Shown piece by piece: positions 1 to 8,913 of a DNA stretch of 64,000 nt (positions are counted from its first letter, which is position 1; each line of letters opens with the position of its first letter). Location of the stretch: positions 2,768 through 66,767 of IMG/VR virus record IMGVR_UViG_3300001598_000052; one strand, 5' to 3'. The stretch is from a virus (Duplodnaviria > Caudoviricetes). Both the position numbers and the translations under genes were made by a program. Below the pieces are notes generated by a model. The model made no database searches. It was not told the origin of the DNA and worked only from the letters and a program-made list of their open reading frames with translations.

Positions 1-145
1 CGAGAGGCTGGACCAGGGAGAAGGCCAAGACCAGTATCATGAATAATTTCCGTTCGTCTTTCTTCGGTTGTGAACTCATCCATATCGGATAGTTAGCGGA
101 TTTTCTCCTGAAGCGATTATATATAATCGCAGAAGGAGGTCATTT

Positions 146-301
146 ATGGACTATGAAGAAGCTTGGAACCGTCTCCTCGAGAATGAACTTGCAACCCAAG
201 ACGAACTCGAGCTCGTGACGGCGATTAACGGGGAAAAACTCGATACCTTAGTGGACATTCTCTATGTCAGGGCAGGTACCAGAGATTTCAACGATATCTA
301 A
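146..301 (+). CDS. Small hypothetical protein (51 aa, MDYEEAWNRLLENELATQDELELVTAING...)
   Basis: Manually translated, below the track cutoff; strong RBS AAGGAGGT upstream; TAA at 299-301. Confidence 0.75.
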   Translation: MDYEEAWNRLLENELATQDELELVTAINGEKLDTLVDILYVRAGTRDFNDI

Positions 302-325
302 CACTAATTTTTCTATCTAAAACCG

Positions 326-354
326 TCTACAATGTAGACGGTTTTTTCTATATT
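326..354 (+). promoter_or_regulatory. Early sigma70-like promoter (TCTACA-N17-TATATT) whose -35 lies in an intrinsic terminator hairpin
   Basis: Hairpin AAAACCGTCTAC-AAT-GTAGACGGTTTTTT directly upstream of TATATT at 349-354; spacer is exactly 17 nt. Confidence 0.65.
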
Positions 355-372
355 ATAATCAGAGGAAAGATT

Positions 373-732
373 ATGTTGACTTTTAAAATTTCAGTTGTAT
401 GGCCGTCGAGTAAACTAGAACATGTCGATTGTGAATTCGTACCTAATAGGCATTTAAACTCTTATGAACCGGTTGCCCGAGAAAGTTGCTTGGAAGGAGA
501 GAACTGGATTGAATTCGACCATGGTTCAGGAGCAAAAGGAAATCGAGGAATATATCCAGGAGCGAACTGCAAACAAATCCTCCGAATCCTTGACGGTAAT
601 GAAATCCTGAAGGAATGGAAACTGGATGAACATCCAGGTGAGAAACGACTCCTTAAGCTTCTGAACGAGTTCAACTCCTGGGCTCACTACTATATGGATG
701 TTCTCGTCCCGCTTGGAGAACTTAATGGGTAA
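373..732 (+). CDS. Hypothetical early protein (119 aa)
   Basis: ORF track; RBS AGAGG; follows a promoter. Confidence 0.75.
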   Translation: MLTFKISVVWPSSKLEHVDCEFVPNRHLNSYEPVARESCLEGENWIEFDHGSGAKGNRGIYPGANCKQILRILDGNEILKEWKLDEHPGEKRLLKLLNEFNSWAHYYMDVLVPLGELNG

Positions 733-1078
733 GAAACACGGGTGTAAATACAATTACTTTATCGAATACAGAGCCAAAGACTGGAATAGGTGGAACACAG
801 TCACATTTCCAATTTCTGACATAAAATACTGTACCTGTAGTAACATTAATAGCTCAAACCATGTCTGGTGCTCTGTCGGAACCGGTTATATAGGGGAATT
901 CACTGTTTTCGGCGGGGAAGCAAGACCTCAGACTGTTCGGTTTCTGTACAAGGATAAGCTCCTGAAGGATATAAACTTTCAGAATGCGAGCATAGAACAG
1001 TGTAAGCAGGAACTGTTTCCATTACTGAAAACGCTGGTTGATTACTATCAGGGACTGGAAAAACTAGAACACCTGTAA
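725..1078 (+). CDS. Hypothetical early protein
   Basis: Start moved to ATG 725 (RBS GGAG, overlaps previous stop). Confidence 0.75.
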   Translation: MGKKHGCKYNYFIEYRAKDWNRWNTVTFPISDIKYCTCSNINSSNHVWCSVGTGYIGEFTVFGGEARPQTVRFLYKDKLLKDINFQNASIEQCKQELFPLLKTLVDYYQGLEKLEHL

Positions 1079-1107
1079 ATAAATGCAAAAAATTTCATCC
1101 TGACGGG

Positions 1108-1136
1108 TTTACGGCTCGCCAGGATTTTTTTATATT
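1108..1136 (+). promoter_or_regulatory. Early promoter TTTACG-N17-TATATT within a terminator-like hairpin
   Basis: ATCCTGACGGG...CTCGCCAGGAT-T-run, then TATATT at 1131-1136. Confidence 0.6.
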
Positions 1137-1144
1137 GTGGGTAT

Positions 1145-2191
1145 ATGACAGCATACCCTAAACAAAAAGAACCTACTCCAGCAGTGGAAGAAGCTAGACT
1201 CCGACCCCTGGCGGACAGTCTCGGAATCGATTACGATGTCTGTGAGACAGAAATCAAAACTAATCCGTCACTAGAAATCTGGAAGAAAAAGCTTATAACC
1301 GGAGAAACGATAGCCAACTCTCGACTCTATTTCTGGATCGAGTGCGATATTCTTTACCATTATATCAGTACGAAAGCTAACTCCCTGATGGACTTTAACA
1401 TTGTGGATAATATCTGCAGGTTTTGTTCTCCAAACGGAATAACACTGTTCTGGATCAGTACCTCAGAATCAGATGATAACTTTAACCTGAGCTTCAAGAC
1501 TAATAATGAACAGGCTAAAAACTTTATCATCCCGAAGACAGAGTTCGTGGATAAGATTCAGACCATTGACTGGGAATCAGTTGTGAACTTAATCGACAAA
1601 AGCTTCTCGGTTGTCGGGGAATCAGTCCAGAACTGGTTCGTGAGTAAGTTACAGTCTGTAACCTGTTCCTGTTCCGGACCGAAGGATTTGTTCCCGATTA
1701 TCAGTGAGAATATTCACCGGGATTCGCGCCTCGCAGTTCAGGGAATAGTTCAGGATTTGGACCCTAAAGATCTAGACCAGCCTGTCACCCCGAAGACAGT
1801 CTTTAACTGGTTATTTGTCTGGCTGGATTTTTTACCTTCCTGTTACACATATAAGGGAAAAGCTTACGTTGACAATGACGGTCGGGTAGAGGTAGAAGAT
1901 TATACTGTCGAATCAGACGAAGCAAAAAGTCCGAGTACAGGTCTGTCCATAACTATGCATTCGCAGAATCTGTCTAAAACTAACACCAAGATTAAAATCT
2001 GTCTCCTGGATAATTTTCTGTCAATCGACATCATGGGTTTGCAGGTTCAGGCACCTATTCCTAAAGGGTTAGAAACTGTCGCCAGAACTAACTGGTTAGA
2101 ACTGTTTACAGAGCTCGAGGAACTAGTCCAGCCCTTGCTCCTGAATGAAGAAGAAATCAAACTGTTACTTGACCTTGAATATAATCTGTGA
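1145..2191 (+). CDS. Hypothetical protein (348 aa, acidic)
   Basis: Long ORF downstream of a promoter; no recognisable motif. Confidence 0.8.
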   Translation: MTAYPKQKEPTPAVEEARLRPLADSLGIDYDVCETEIKTNPSLEIWKKKLITGETIANSRLYFWIECDILYHYISTKANSLMDFNIVDNICRFCSPNGITLFWISTSESDDNFNLSFKTNNEQAKNFIIPKTEFVDKIQTIDWESVVNLIDKSFSVVGESVQNWFVSKLQSVTCSCSGPKDLFPIISENIHRDSRLAVQGIVQDLDPKDLDQPVTPKTVFNWLFVWLDFLPSCYTYKGKAYVDNDGRVEVEDYTVESDEAKSPSTGLSITMHSQNLSKTNTKIKICLLDNFLSIDIMGLQVQAPIPKGLETVARTNWLELFTELEELVQPLLLNEEEIKLLLDLEYNL

Positions 2192-2199
2192 GGAACTGT

Positions 2200-2667
2200 A
2201 TGCATATTAAACGATTACCAACCAACGAGGTAGATGATTTCTGTCACGGGCACATGCTCGACTATATCCCTCACCTCAAGCTTTTGACCCCAGAATCTGA
2301 CCAGACAGTTCTTTGCTGGCCAGAAACTGTCCAGAACGATAACTGGGACGGACAGGCAGAAAATGATCTGGATACTGCCTTTATCAAGTTCAAGCTTTTT
2401 CCTAAACAGACTGGACAGCTTTCTTCAGCTATCGTACTGTGTTCGAATCCAGTCCTTATCCTGAACAATTCAGACGTCGGGAAACAGGTTTGGACCGATT
2501 CAGACGGGAAATTTCTGGTCGGGAACATAGACGTGAAACAGTATTTCGAGTTCCTTGCTCAGAAACTAGAACATTACCAGCTGGAAGATATCATCGATAA
2601 GTTACCAGACGGAACTCTAGCTTTCCACCAAACCTTTAACCCTTTACACGTTTTAAACCATGACTGA
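2200..2667 (+). CDS. Hypothetical protein
   Basis: ATG 2200 with RBS GAGGA; in frame with track ORF 2188. Confidence 0.75.
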   Translation: MHIKRLPTNEVDDFCHGHMLDYIPHLKLLTPESDQTVLCWPETVQNDNWDGQAENDLDTAFIKFKLFPKQTGQLSSAIVLCSNPVLILNNSDVGKQVWTDSDGKFLVGNIDVKQYFEFLAQKLEHYQLEDIIDKLPDGTLAFHQTFNPLHVLNHD

Positions 2668-3001
2668 ACAGCAAACAACCATTCACAGTATCAGAGAACA
2701 GGTAGAAAAAATCACTGACCAGTTCCAGCCCGGGATTCTAGACCGAGACCATATCTATAACGGTTGGAAGTCAGGTGACCTTTACGTCCTATTGAATACG
2801 ATTGACGATGACCCGTTCCATTTCAGAATCAAACTGTTCCAGGAAACTGCTACAGTAGGTGACCAGATCTTTACCTATAACTGTGACGGTGAACCAGAAG
2901 AAATTATCGACTGGTTTAAATCCTGGCCACAGAACATGAAAAATATTTTCCTTGATTACCAGAACAGATACACGAATATGTTCCTGGAAAAAGGATTGTA
3001 G
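2660..3001 (+). CDS. Hypothetical protein (113 aa)
   Basis: ORF track; overlaps the previous stop. Confidence 0.75.
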   Translation: MTEQQTTIHSIREQVEKITDQFQPGILDRDHIYNGWKSGDLYVLLNTIDDDPFHFRIKLFQETATVGDQIFTYNCDGEPEEIIDWFKSWPQNMKNIFLDYQNRYTNMFLEKGL

Positions 3002-3008
3002 ACAGAAA

Positions 3009-3584
3009 ATGACACTGACACACCAGAATGACCGATTAGTAGCTTACCTTGACGGTAAATATAGTTGGGAGTCATCTCCTCGTGATGTTAACAGTAACGG
3101 ACGAATTTATCCTTGGGAAACACTTGCCAAGGTCAAGGACGAAGCAATTCGTACCTGGTCACAGGGAAATCCACACCCACTTGTAAAATCTGACTGGGCA
3201 CTGTTACAGGATGAACTGCTCAAACTATATCCAGAAACAGATACAGTCAGAGTATCTAGTGACAGAAATTATACCAGGTGGGAGTTGGCCAGGGATACGG
3301 CAATCAATGCCAGAGCATCGGTAGTTTTTATTCGCCGGCAGAATCTGGTCAGTAGAGAATGGATATACTATATTCGTCCAAGACTGGAATTATACATTGG
3401 GGATTCAGGCTTTTGCCAAATTTTCGACCGTGAAATAGAGTATAAGACTATGGCCGAGGGTAAGGACTGGTTACTGTCTCACAACCCAGAGACTTACCTG
3501 TCTTCTCTGGTTGACAAGTCTCGTCAGTTTATACTTCAGTCTAAGAATCTGATAACAGCGCTCGAACTCGAAACCAATCTCTAA
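3009..3584 (+). CDS. Hypothetical protein
   Basis: Start moved to ATG 3009 (MTLTHQND...). Confidence 0.75.
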   Translation: MTLTHQNDRLVAYLDGKYSWESSPRDVNSNGRIYPWETLAKVKDEAIRTWSQGNPHPLVKSDWALLQDELLKLYPETDTVRVSSDRNYTRWELARDTAINARASVVFIRRQNLVSREWIYYIRPRLELYIGDSGFCQIFDREIEYKTMAEGKDWLLSHNPETYLSSLVDKSRQFILQSKNLITALELETNL

Positions 3585-3597
3585 AAGGAACAAATCC

Positions 3598-3924
3598 ATG
3601 ATGATTAACCGATTATCTGACCTCTGGACTAAAACGTCAGATTTATTTCCAGATATTAACCCGTATGACGTCAGGATTATGCCTTATGGTGATTATACTG
3701 TCACAGCCGGTGAGGAGGATCAGGTTCCAGGTTCTTATCCTTGGACTATAACTCTGGCAAACGACTCTTACCTTCTGAATAATAACATCTTTATTCGCCA
3801 GTGGGTGGTGGTCGATTCCGAAATCGATTCCTGGCTTGAAAGGTTCCGAGAGAAATTCTCACAGGAAGTAACTGATTATAATAACGAATACCTTGAACTG
3901 TTAATGGATGAAAACATTGATTAA
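3598..3924 (+). CDS. Hypothetical acidic protein
   Basis: ORF track; RBS AAGGA. Confidence 0.75.
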   Translation: MMINRLSDLWTKTSDLFPDINPYDVRIMPYGDYTVTAGEEDQVPGSYPWTITLANDSYLLNNNIFIRQWVVVDSEIDSWLERFREKFSQEVTDYNNEYLELLMDENID

Positions 3925-4222
3925 AGACCTTGACCTTTCTAATCCTGACTTGATCCGTAGTTTGGAACGACAAGCGCGTGACGCTTTAATTACAATAGAT
4001 GAAGACATGAGTTGTATTGTCAACGACAAATATGATAACATTTGTCTTTATAATTTTTGGTCAGGAGTTGTAGACTATGGTGATGAAGATGAGCTTGTTT
4101 TAGAAGTAAATAGTCGTGAGGGTATCGCTCATATATTACTTGAAATGATTGAGCAACCCCAAAAATATATTCTAATGTACAAGGAGCATCAGTTAGCTAA
4201 CTCAATTGACAAATTACCGTAA
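3908..4222 (+). CDS. Hypothetical acidic protein ending ...LANSIDKLP
   Basis: ORF track; followed by a terminator. Confidence 0.75.
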   Translation: MKTLIKDLDLSNPDLIRSLERQARDALITIDEDMSCIVNDKYDNICLYNFWSGVVDYGDEDELVLEVNSREGIAHILLEMIEQPQKYILMYKEHQLANSIDKLP

Positions 4223-4224
4223 CA

Positions 4225-4256
4225 AAAACCCGATCCCGAAGGACCGGGTTCTTTTT
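4225..4256. terminator. Bidirectional intrinsic terminator
   Basis: AAAAACCCG(ATCCCGAAGGAC)CGGGTTCTTTTT between convergent units. Confidence 0.7.
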
Positions 4257-4323
4257 ATCGAGGTCAAACCTTATGTGCTGAACAAGACAAACCAAATCAG
4301 CAGGCCTAAGAGAAACATTTCCA

Positions 4324-4467
4324 TTACTTGAATCTCCTTTTTGTCTTCGTGTTGTTTGCGAACCAGTTTGCTTTGGACTGTCCAGTGATGACAGGTTCCG
4401 GGTTCTTAGTTTCTTCAATTGTTGCAGAGTATGCAAAACGGGCAAAGTTAATTATCTTTTTAAACAT
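4324..4467 (-). CDS. Small basic protein (47 aa, MFKKIINFARFAYS...KTKRRFK)
   Basis: Manually translated; RBS AGGAGG upstream. Confidence 0.65.
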   Translation of the reverse strand: MFKKIINFARFAYSATIEETKNPEPVITGQSKANWFANNTKTKRRFK

Positions 4468-4555
4468 ATTGTAACCTCCTGATATTCTAAATATAGAAAT
4501 TTAATCTTTAATTGTAAATGAAAAGATATTAGATTTTATTCTCCATAAATACAAC

Positions 4556-5008
4556 ATGAATGTAGTAGTTAATCCCGAATCAAACAAGGAGCTCGCCTCC
4601 GAAATAAATGAACTCCTCTCTGACTTCATCCCGAAGACCGAATCCGTCAGAGACAACTGTAAGAAAATTAACCAGGAACTCCAATACGAACTCCTCCAGT
4701 ACGGATATACACCTGAATTTGTATATGGTTTGTACCGTGTTGATTCGATTTACGGGTGGTTGGATCCAGAAGACTTCGAACAGTCAGAACTGGTTAAGGT
4801 CAAGGACATGTTTGGTGATCTGTCCCGTGATTCACTCGAATCGTATGTCGAACAGTTACCAGAAAAGGAACAAGAGTTTTACCTTTACATCCCTCACTGG
4901 TTCTTGGTCGTTGACGATCTGATTCTGGATGCCGCTTCCGACATGTTCAACTGTAAGAACTCTCCAGACAGATACTTCGATTCCGACTGTGACCGAATCA
5001 TCTCGTAA
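4556..5008 (+). CDS. Hypothetical acidic protein (150 aa)
   Basis: ORF track; preceded by ATAAATA. Confidence 0.75.
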   Translation: MNVVVNPESNKELASEINELLSDFIPKTESVRDNCKKINQELQYELLQYGYTPEFVYGLYRVDSIYGWLDPEDFEQSELVKVKDMFGDLSRDSLESYVEQLPEKEQEFYLYIPHWFLVVDDLILDAASDMFNCKNSPDRYFDSDCDRIIS

Positions 5009-5156
5009 AGTTCGTAGCGAAGATACAACCTAAGACGATAAAAATTAAAAGATGTAACATATTCACCTCGATTTTATATTATAAAAATAAAAATTTTGAT
5101 ATAAAATGTAAATAAGAAAAGACCGGAATTTTACTTCCGGTCTTTCTTTATCGAGG

Positions 5157-5414
5157 TCATAAGTTTTTAATCGCCAGGTCTAATATTAGATTGTGTAGTC
5201 TGATTTCCCACCTATTCTGAGTACAGTCAAGCCAGCCTAATAAAGTGTTAGTATCGTCGTTACTGATTTCGATATAGCGACCTTCAACCGCGGGGCGACA
5301 GACATCGCGAAGTAGTTCCTGTTTTATCTCATCCAGTGACTCGCACAGAAAAGTGCTTTCGTGTCTCTTATCTATGCCATTCTTTTTGAATAGTTCAACT
5401 TTATACCAAGCCAT
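5157..5414 (-). CDS. Hypothetical protein ending ...HNLILDLAIKNL
   Basis: ORF track; downstream terminator hairpin at ~5116-5147. Confidence 0.7.
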   Translation of the reverse strand: MAWYKVELFKKNGIDKRHESTFLCESLDEIKQELLRDVCRPAVEGRYIEISNDDTNTLLGWLDCTQNRWEIRLHNLILDLAIKNL

Positions 5415-5427
5415 TAGTTTAATCTCA

Positions 5428-5622
5428 TTAGAACAAACCGGAAATAGACCTGACTATCCATGTAAAGCCATGGACAATGTTCATCAGAATCCCAGTGACC
5501 AGAGCGAGAAGAGATTCAAGACAAGTACACAGATTGGAAGCACAGTGAGAATTCCCGACAATGCAACCGATAATGAACAGTATTACAAGAACAACCAAAA
5601 GAACTTTAACAAACTTTGACAT
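5428..5622 (-). CDS. Small membrane protein (two hydrophobic segments)
   Basis: MSKFVKVLLVVLVILFIIGCIVG...; RBS GAGG upstream of ATG 5622. Confidence 0.65.
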   Translation of the reverse strand: MSKFVKVLLVVLVILFIIGCIVGNSHCASNLCTCLESLLALVTGILMNIVHGFTWIVRSISGLF

Positions 5623-5715
5623 ATTAACCTCGTTGTTTACATAAGTAAATATAGTTAAATTAAAACCGTTTGTAAACAAGAAAAGATTGGAATTTTATTT
5701 CCAATCAATCCTAAA

Positions 5716-5997
5716 TTACATACGAGCTTTGCGAGCACGCTTGGCTGCTTCAATGTCATCGTTAAAAAAGAATTGAATCATATCCTGAACGTATTCATTG
5801 TTCTTGATGAACTTCACTTCGTCTTCAGGATAGATAATCTCACCACCATCGACACGGTAAGCGATCACCGAATCACCCCACTTTCCGTAATGGTCAGCGA
5901 ATTGAAAGAAGAATGCTTTGACCGATTCTGCATCAGTATGAGTGATAGACCATGGAACAAAGTTGTCGCTGAAACGTTTCATGTATTCGATTTTCAT
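5716..5997 (-). CDS. Hypothetical protein behind conserved leader repeat
   Basis: Start MKIEYMKR at 5997; an in-frame upstream ATG lies in the leader. Confidence 0.7.
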   Translation of the reverse strand: MKIEYMKRFSDNFVPWSITHTDAESVKAFFFQFADHYGKWGDSVIAYRVDGGEIIYPEDEVKFIKNNEYVQDMIQFFFNDDIEAAKRARKARM

Positions 5998-6073
5998 ACC
6001 AAACTCGTAAAAGTAATTGTAATCATTCATTCGATTACATTGTAAATATAGCATTTTTAATTAAAAATGTAAA
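5998..6073 (-). promoter_or_regulatory. Promoter (TTTACA-N17-TATATT) plus conserved hairpin leader, copy 1
   Basis: TATATTTACAATGTAATCGAATGAATGATTACAAT on the minus strand; near-identical to 6474-6526 and 7393-7445. Confidence 0.75.
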
Positions 6074-6157
6074 TAAAAACAATATTTAATTTTTATATCA
6101 GGCAACTAGTTTAAACTTATAAAAAATAATTCTATATTTGAAGCAAGAGGTACTATT

Positions 6158-6433
6158 ATGAGTATTTTTGATAAATATAATCGTGATTTACGAAAGATTA
6201 TTCCCAACGGAGTAATCGAAGTTTATACTGTCAAAGACGGTGAAGAAACTCTGGCCATGTCAAGTGAAATGACTCATGATTCAAGATTTGCCGATGTCAT
6301 TATCCAGAACGTTAAAGACGGGGCCAAGACAGTTTTCAAGTATAAGACTCGTGATGAAGTCATTAATGAAGCGCTCGATTATTTGAGTCAGTTTAAGCCG
6401 ACTGAATGTTACTTGTGGAATGACGATAAATAA
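6158..6433 (+). CDS. Hypothetical protein (91 aa)
   Basis: ORF track; RBS GAGGT; TATATT upstream. Confidence 0.75.
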   Translation: MSIFDKYNRDLRKIIPNGVIEVYTVKDGEETLAMSSEMTHDSRFADVIIQNVKDGAKTVFKYKTRDEVINEALDYLSQFKPTECYLWNDDK

Positions 6434-6450
6434 AATCTAAACTTTTTTAA

Positions 6451-6526
6451 TTTACAACTTTTGATTATTTTTTTATATTTAAACCGTAATCGAATGAACG
6501 ATTACAATAATTACTTTGAGGAAACT
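6451..6526 (+). promoter_or_regulatory. Promoter (TTTACA-N17-TATATT) plus conserved hairpin leader, copy 2
   Basis: -35 at 6451-6456, -10 at 6474-6479, inverted repeat GTAATCG-AATGAA-CGATTAC. Confidence 0.75.
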
Positions 6527-7309
6527 ATGAAGAATAACTTCAATACTCTCTATGTCAACTACAATGCAAACCTGAAGACTTTCAATGAAATGAATCGCAG
6601 CTGGTCCGGTGCAACTTATCAGCAGAAGCTTACTGTAGCTAATGCTGTTAATCATGTCGGTCGTATTCTCTGGGGTCTTTCTTATCGTATGCCTCGTGAA
6701 ATTTATGTCTTCTTGAATCCTCCGAAGTGCACTCCCAAGCCGCAGACTGTTTTTGTACCGAAGACCACTGTTGTTAACAAGCCTGTTGTTAAGCCGGCAA
6801 TGCCGGCAATGCCTGCAAAGCCCAGGGTTGTACCGACTGCCGCAACAAGCCCGATTACTTTCAACCAGTCTGCAATTACTAACGGCAACAGCAATGTAAT
6901 CGAAGTCAGTGATGTAAATCATGTTGTAGCATCTACTAACAAGCGCAAGAAGCCTGCAAAGAAGCATGACTGGACCGATGTTGAAATCCAGCATCTTCTT
7001 CACGGTGATGTTGCTTGGCTTGAACAGGTTGCTAAAGTGACTTATGACCAGATGATGAGCAAGACCAATGACTTAGGTTATCGTTTTAACTATGGCCAGC
7101 CTGTATCTAAGCCGAAGGTTTACAATCGTCTCGTTATCGCATGTCATCCTGACTGGGAAAACGATATGAAGAACGGTGACTACAGCAAGATGCTGCAGAA
7201 CAAGATTCGTCTTAGTGCAATTTGCAAGTGTGCAAAGAAGCTCGGTTATAACATCCCGGCTCAATATAAGAACTGGGCTAGCAAGGCTTCTATTGCTGCT
7301 AACGGTTAA
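6527..7309 (+). CDS. Hypothetical basic protein with Pro/Ala-rich linker; possible DNA-binding C-terminal half
   Basis: RBS GAGG before ATG 6527; WTDVEIQHLL resembles a Myb/HTH-like start (weak). Confidence 0.7.
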   Translation: MKNNFNTLYVNYNANLKTFNEMNRSWSGATYQQKLTVANAVNHVGRILWGLSYRMPREIYVFLNPPKCTPKPQTVFVPKTTVVNKPVVKPAMPAMPAKPRVVPTAATSPITFNQSAITNGNSNVIEVSDVNHVVASTNKRKKPAKKHDWTDVEIQHLLHGDVAWLEQVAKVTYDQMMSKTNDLGYRFNYGQPVSKPKVYNRLVIACHPDWENDMKNGDYSKMLQNKIRLSAICKCAKKLGYNIPAQYKNWASKASIAANG

Positions 7310-7317
7310 AAGACCTG

Positions 7318-7352
7318 GCTCGATTGATCACATAGATTAATCGAGCTTTTTT
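7318..7352 (+). terminator. Intrinsic terminator
   Basis: GCTCGATTGATC-ACATA-GATTAATCGAGC-TTTTTT. Confidence 0.75.
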
Positions 7353-7369
7353 ATTTTATAATATTTTGA

Positions 7370-7445
7370 TTTACAAAAAGTTCAGAATTAGCTATATTTA
7401 AAATGTAATCGAATGAATGATTACAATAATTATTTCGAGGCTAAT
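7370..7445 (+). promoter_or_regulatory. Promoter (TTTACA-N17-TATATT) plus conserved hairpin leader, copy 3
   Basis: -35 at 7370-7375, -10 at 7393-7398, same leader sequence as copies 1 and 2. Confidence 0.75.
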
Positions 7446-7835
7446 ATGGAATTTATCAACATCGTTAAAAACGTCAGCATCATTGCAATGATTTGTGAAC
7501 AGCGTGTGAACATTACGCTTGATCAGAAACACAACTGTGCATCGTTCACTACTGTGAATGAAAATCAACAGAAACAACACTGGAATGTGTATCGTCATCC
7601 TGTAGACGATATGATTTTTGTCGTTCTTATTGGTGTCGGTAATAACGAAGACGATATGTCTACTTGGGAAAGATTCAGCGAATCTGCAGGTTGGGCACGT
7701 TGTGCATATGACTTCAGTGACATCAACGATTACGGTCAGGATGCAATCGATGATATCTTGTGTGCAATCGAAGTCGCTACTAACAGCATCATGAAAGACT
7801 TGAAGCTCAAGAAGATTGTCAGTATGCTTAAGTAA
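7446..7835 (+). CDS. Hypothetical protein
   Basis: RBS GAGG before ATG 7446. Confidence 0.75.
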   Translation: MEFINIVKNVSIIAMICEQRVNITLDQKHNCASFTTVNENQQKQHWNVYRHPVDDMIFVVLIGVGNNEDDMSTWERFSESAGWARCAYDFSDINDYGQDAIDDILCAIEVATNSIMKDLKLKKIVSMLK

Positions 7836-8460
7836 CGATGAACGAATCAGACTGGACTGACTAGTCTAGTCAGTCTGGTCTCTTCATTGCTATCCGGACT
7901 CCTACGTTTTAACGACGCATTTGCTGACTAAATATGGCTAAATGTCAGCATATCTGACGTATATTACGACATACGTATAGGCAGTATATATGGCCTATTT
8001 TAGGCCTATATGACGACGTCCCAGTACATACCGGGGGCCCGGGGGGCCATGCCTTCCAAAAAAAGTATTAAGCTGCATATATACCGGGGCCCGGGGCCTA
8101 TTTTTTATATACGCCTTATAGGCCGAGGTTTTTTCTCTCAAAGAAGGCCGGGAAAAATTTTTTACTTTTAGAAAAAATTTCAGGATTTTTGCCTAATGGG
8201 TTAGATATATATTATGAAATTCCCCTTAAGGATAATTATATGGGAAACCATAGGAAAAATTGAAAAGGCCAGGTTTCAAAAAAATTTTCCAGAAATTTTT
8301 TACCTATGGGGAAAAATTTGGGTTTTTTGTATATTATTATATGGAAATAGCCTTAAGGATAATTATATAGGAAATGGGTGAAAAAACGGGAAGGGCTGGG
8401 TTTTGAAAAAATTTTCCAGAAATTTTTTGCCTATGGGGAATTTCTTAGATAGATAGTAAT
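7836..8460. repeat. Non-coding region with a perfect 10-bp hairpin, GC-rich GGCC clusters and a ~127-bp tandem duplication; candidate origin or genome end
   Basis: GACTGACTAG-T-CTAGTCAGTC; ATACCGGGG(G)CCCGGGG(GG)CC twice; CCTTAAGGATAATTATAT at 8224 and 8351; AAAAAATTTTCCAGAAATTTTTT.CCTATGGGGA at ~8279 and ~8406. Confidence 0.75.
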
Positions 8461-8496
8461 TGGTTATAATATAATAAATTAAGAAAATATAAAGGG

Positions 8497-8525
8497 TTGA
8501 CAATAGTCAATCCTTTTATTATATT
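8497..8525 (+). promoter_or_regulatory. Early promoter TTGACA-N17-TATATT; -35 inside a hairpin arm
   Basis: AAAGGGTTGAC-AATA-GTCAATCCTTTT then TATATT at 8520-8525. Confidence 0.75.
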
Positions 8526-8532
8526 GTAATAT

Positions 8533-8907
8533 ATGGGACATGAAAATTATATTATTTTGTATAATAAGATAATTGAATCTATTAATTATGAATATTTTAA
8601 GGGCGGGCGAACTAATAATAAGTGGAAAGTCGAGGAGCATAATGGCTATATGGTGACATATTTGCGGATGGGGCATAAACTGGAGGCTGAAGAACTACGT
8701 ATTAATTATGCTCATGATAATTATATTAGGCTGGTATATATGCGAGGGCAGTTGTTTACACCTGCCACTACGTGTTATGATATTAATGTGAACATGATGG
8801 TATTTTATAGGCATATCGAGGAATTAATCGGGTGTAACGATGATTACTGTATGAGGAAAGTATTTCATAATATGGATATGGAGAGTGCGCTTGGCCATCT
8901 GGAATAA
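8533..8907 (+). CDS. Hypothetical early protein with C-terminal motif (...HNMDMESALGHLE)
   Basis: ORF track. Confidence 0.75.
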   Translation: MGHENYIILYNKIIESINYEYFKGGRTNNKWKVEEHNGYMVTYLRMGHKLEAEELRINYAHDNYIRLVYMRGQLFTPATTCYDINVNMMVFYRHIEELIGCNDDYCMRKVFHNMDMESALGHLE

Positions 8908-8913
8908 TATATC

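Noticed and set aside
1-5700. Restriction-site avoidance (GATC, GGCC) in first-injected DNA
   Set aside because: GATC and GGCC both occur repeatedly in this stretch (e.g. GGCC near 23, 400, 2318, 2924, 3286)
7836-8460. CRISPR array
   Set aside because: Only 2-3 degenerate copies with a ~127-bp period and conserved intervening sequence; no unique spacers and no cas genes
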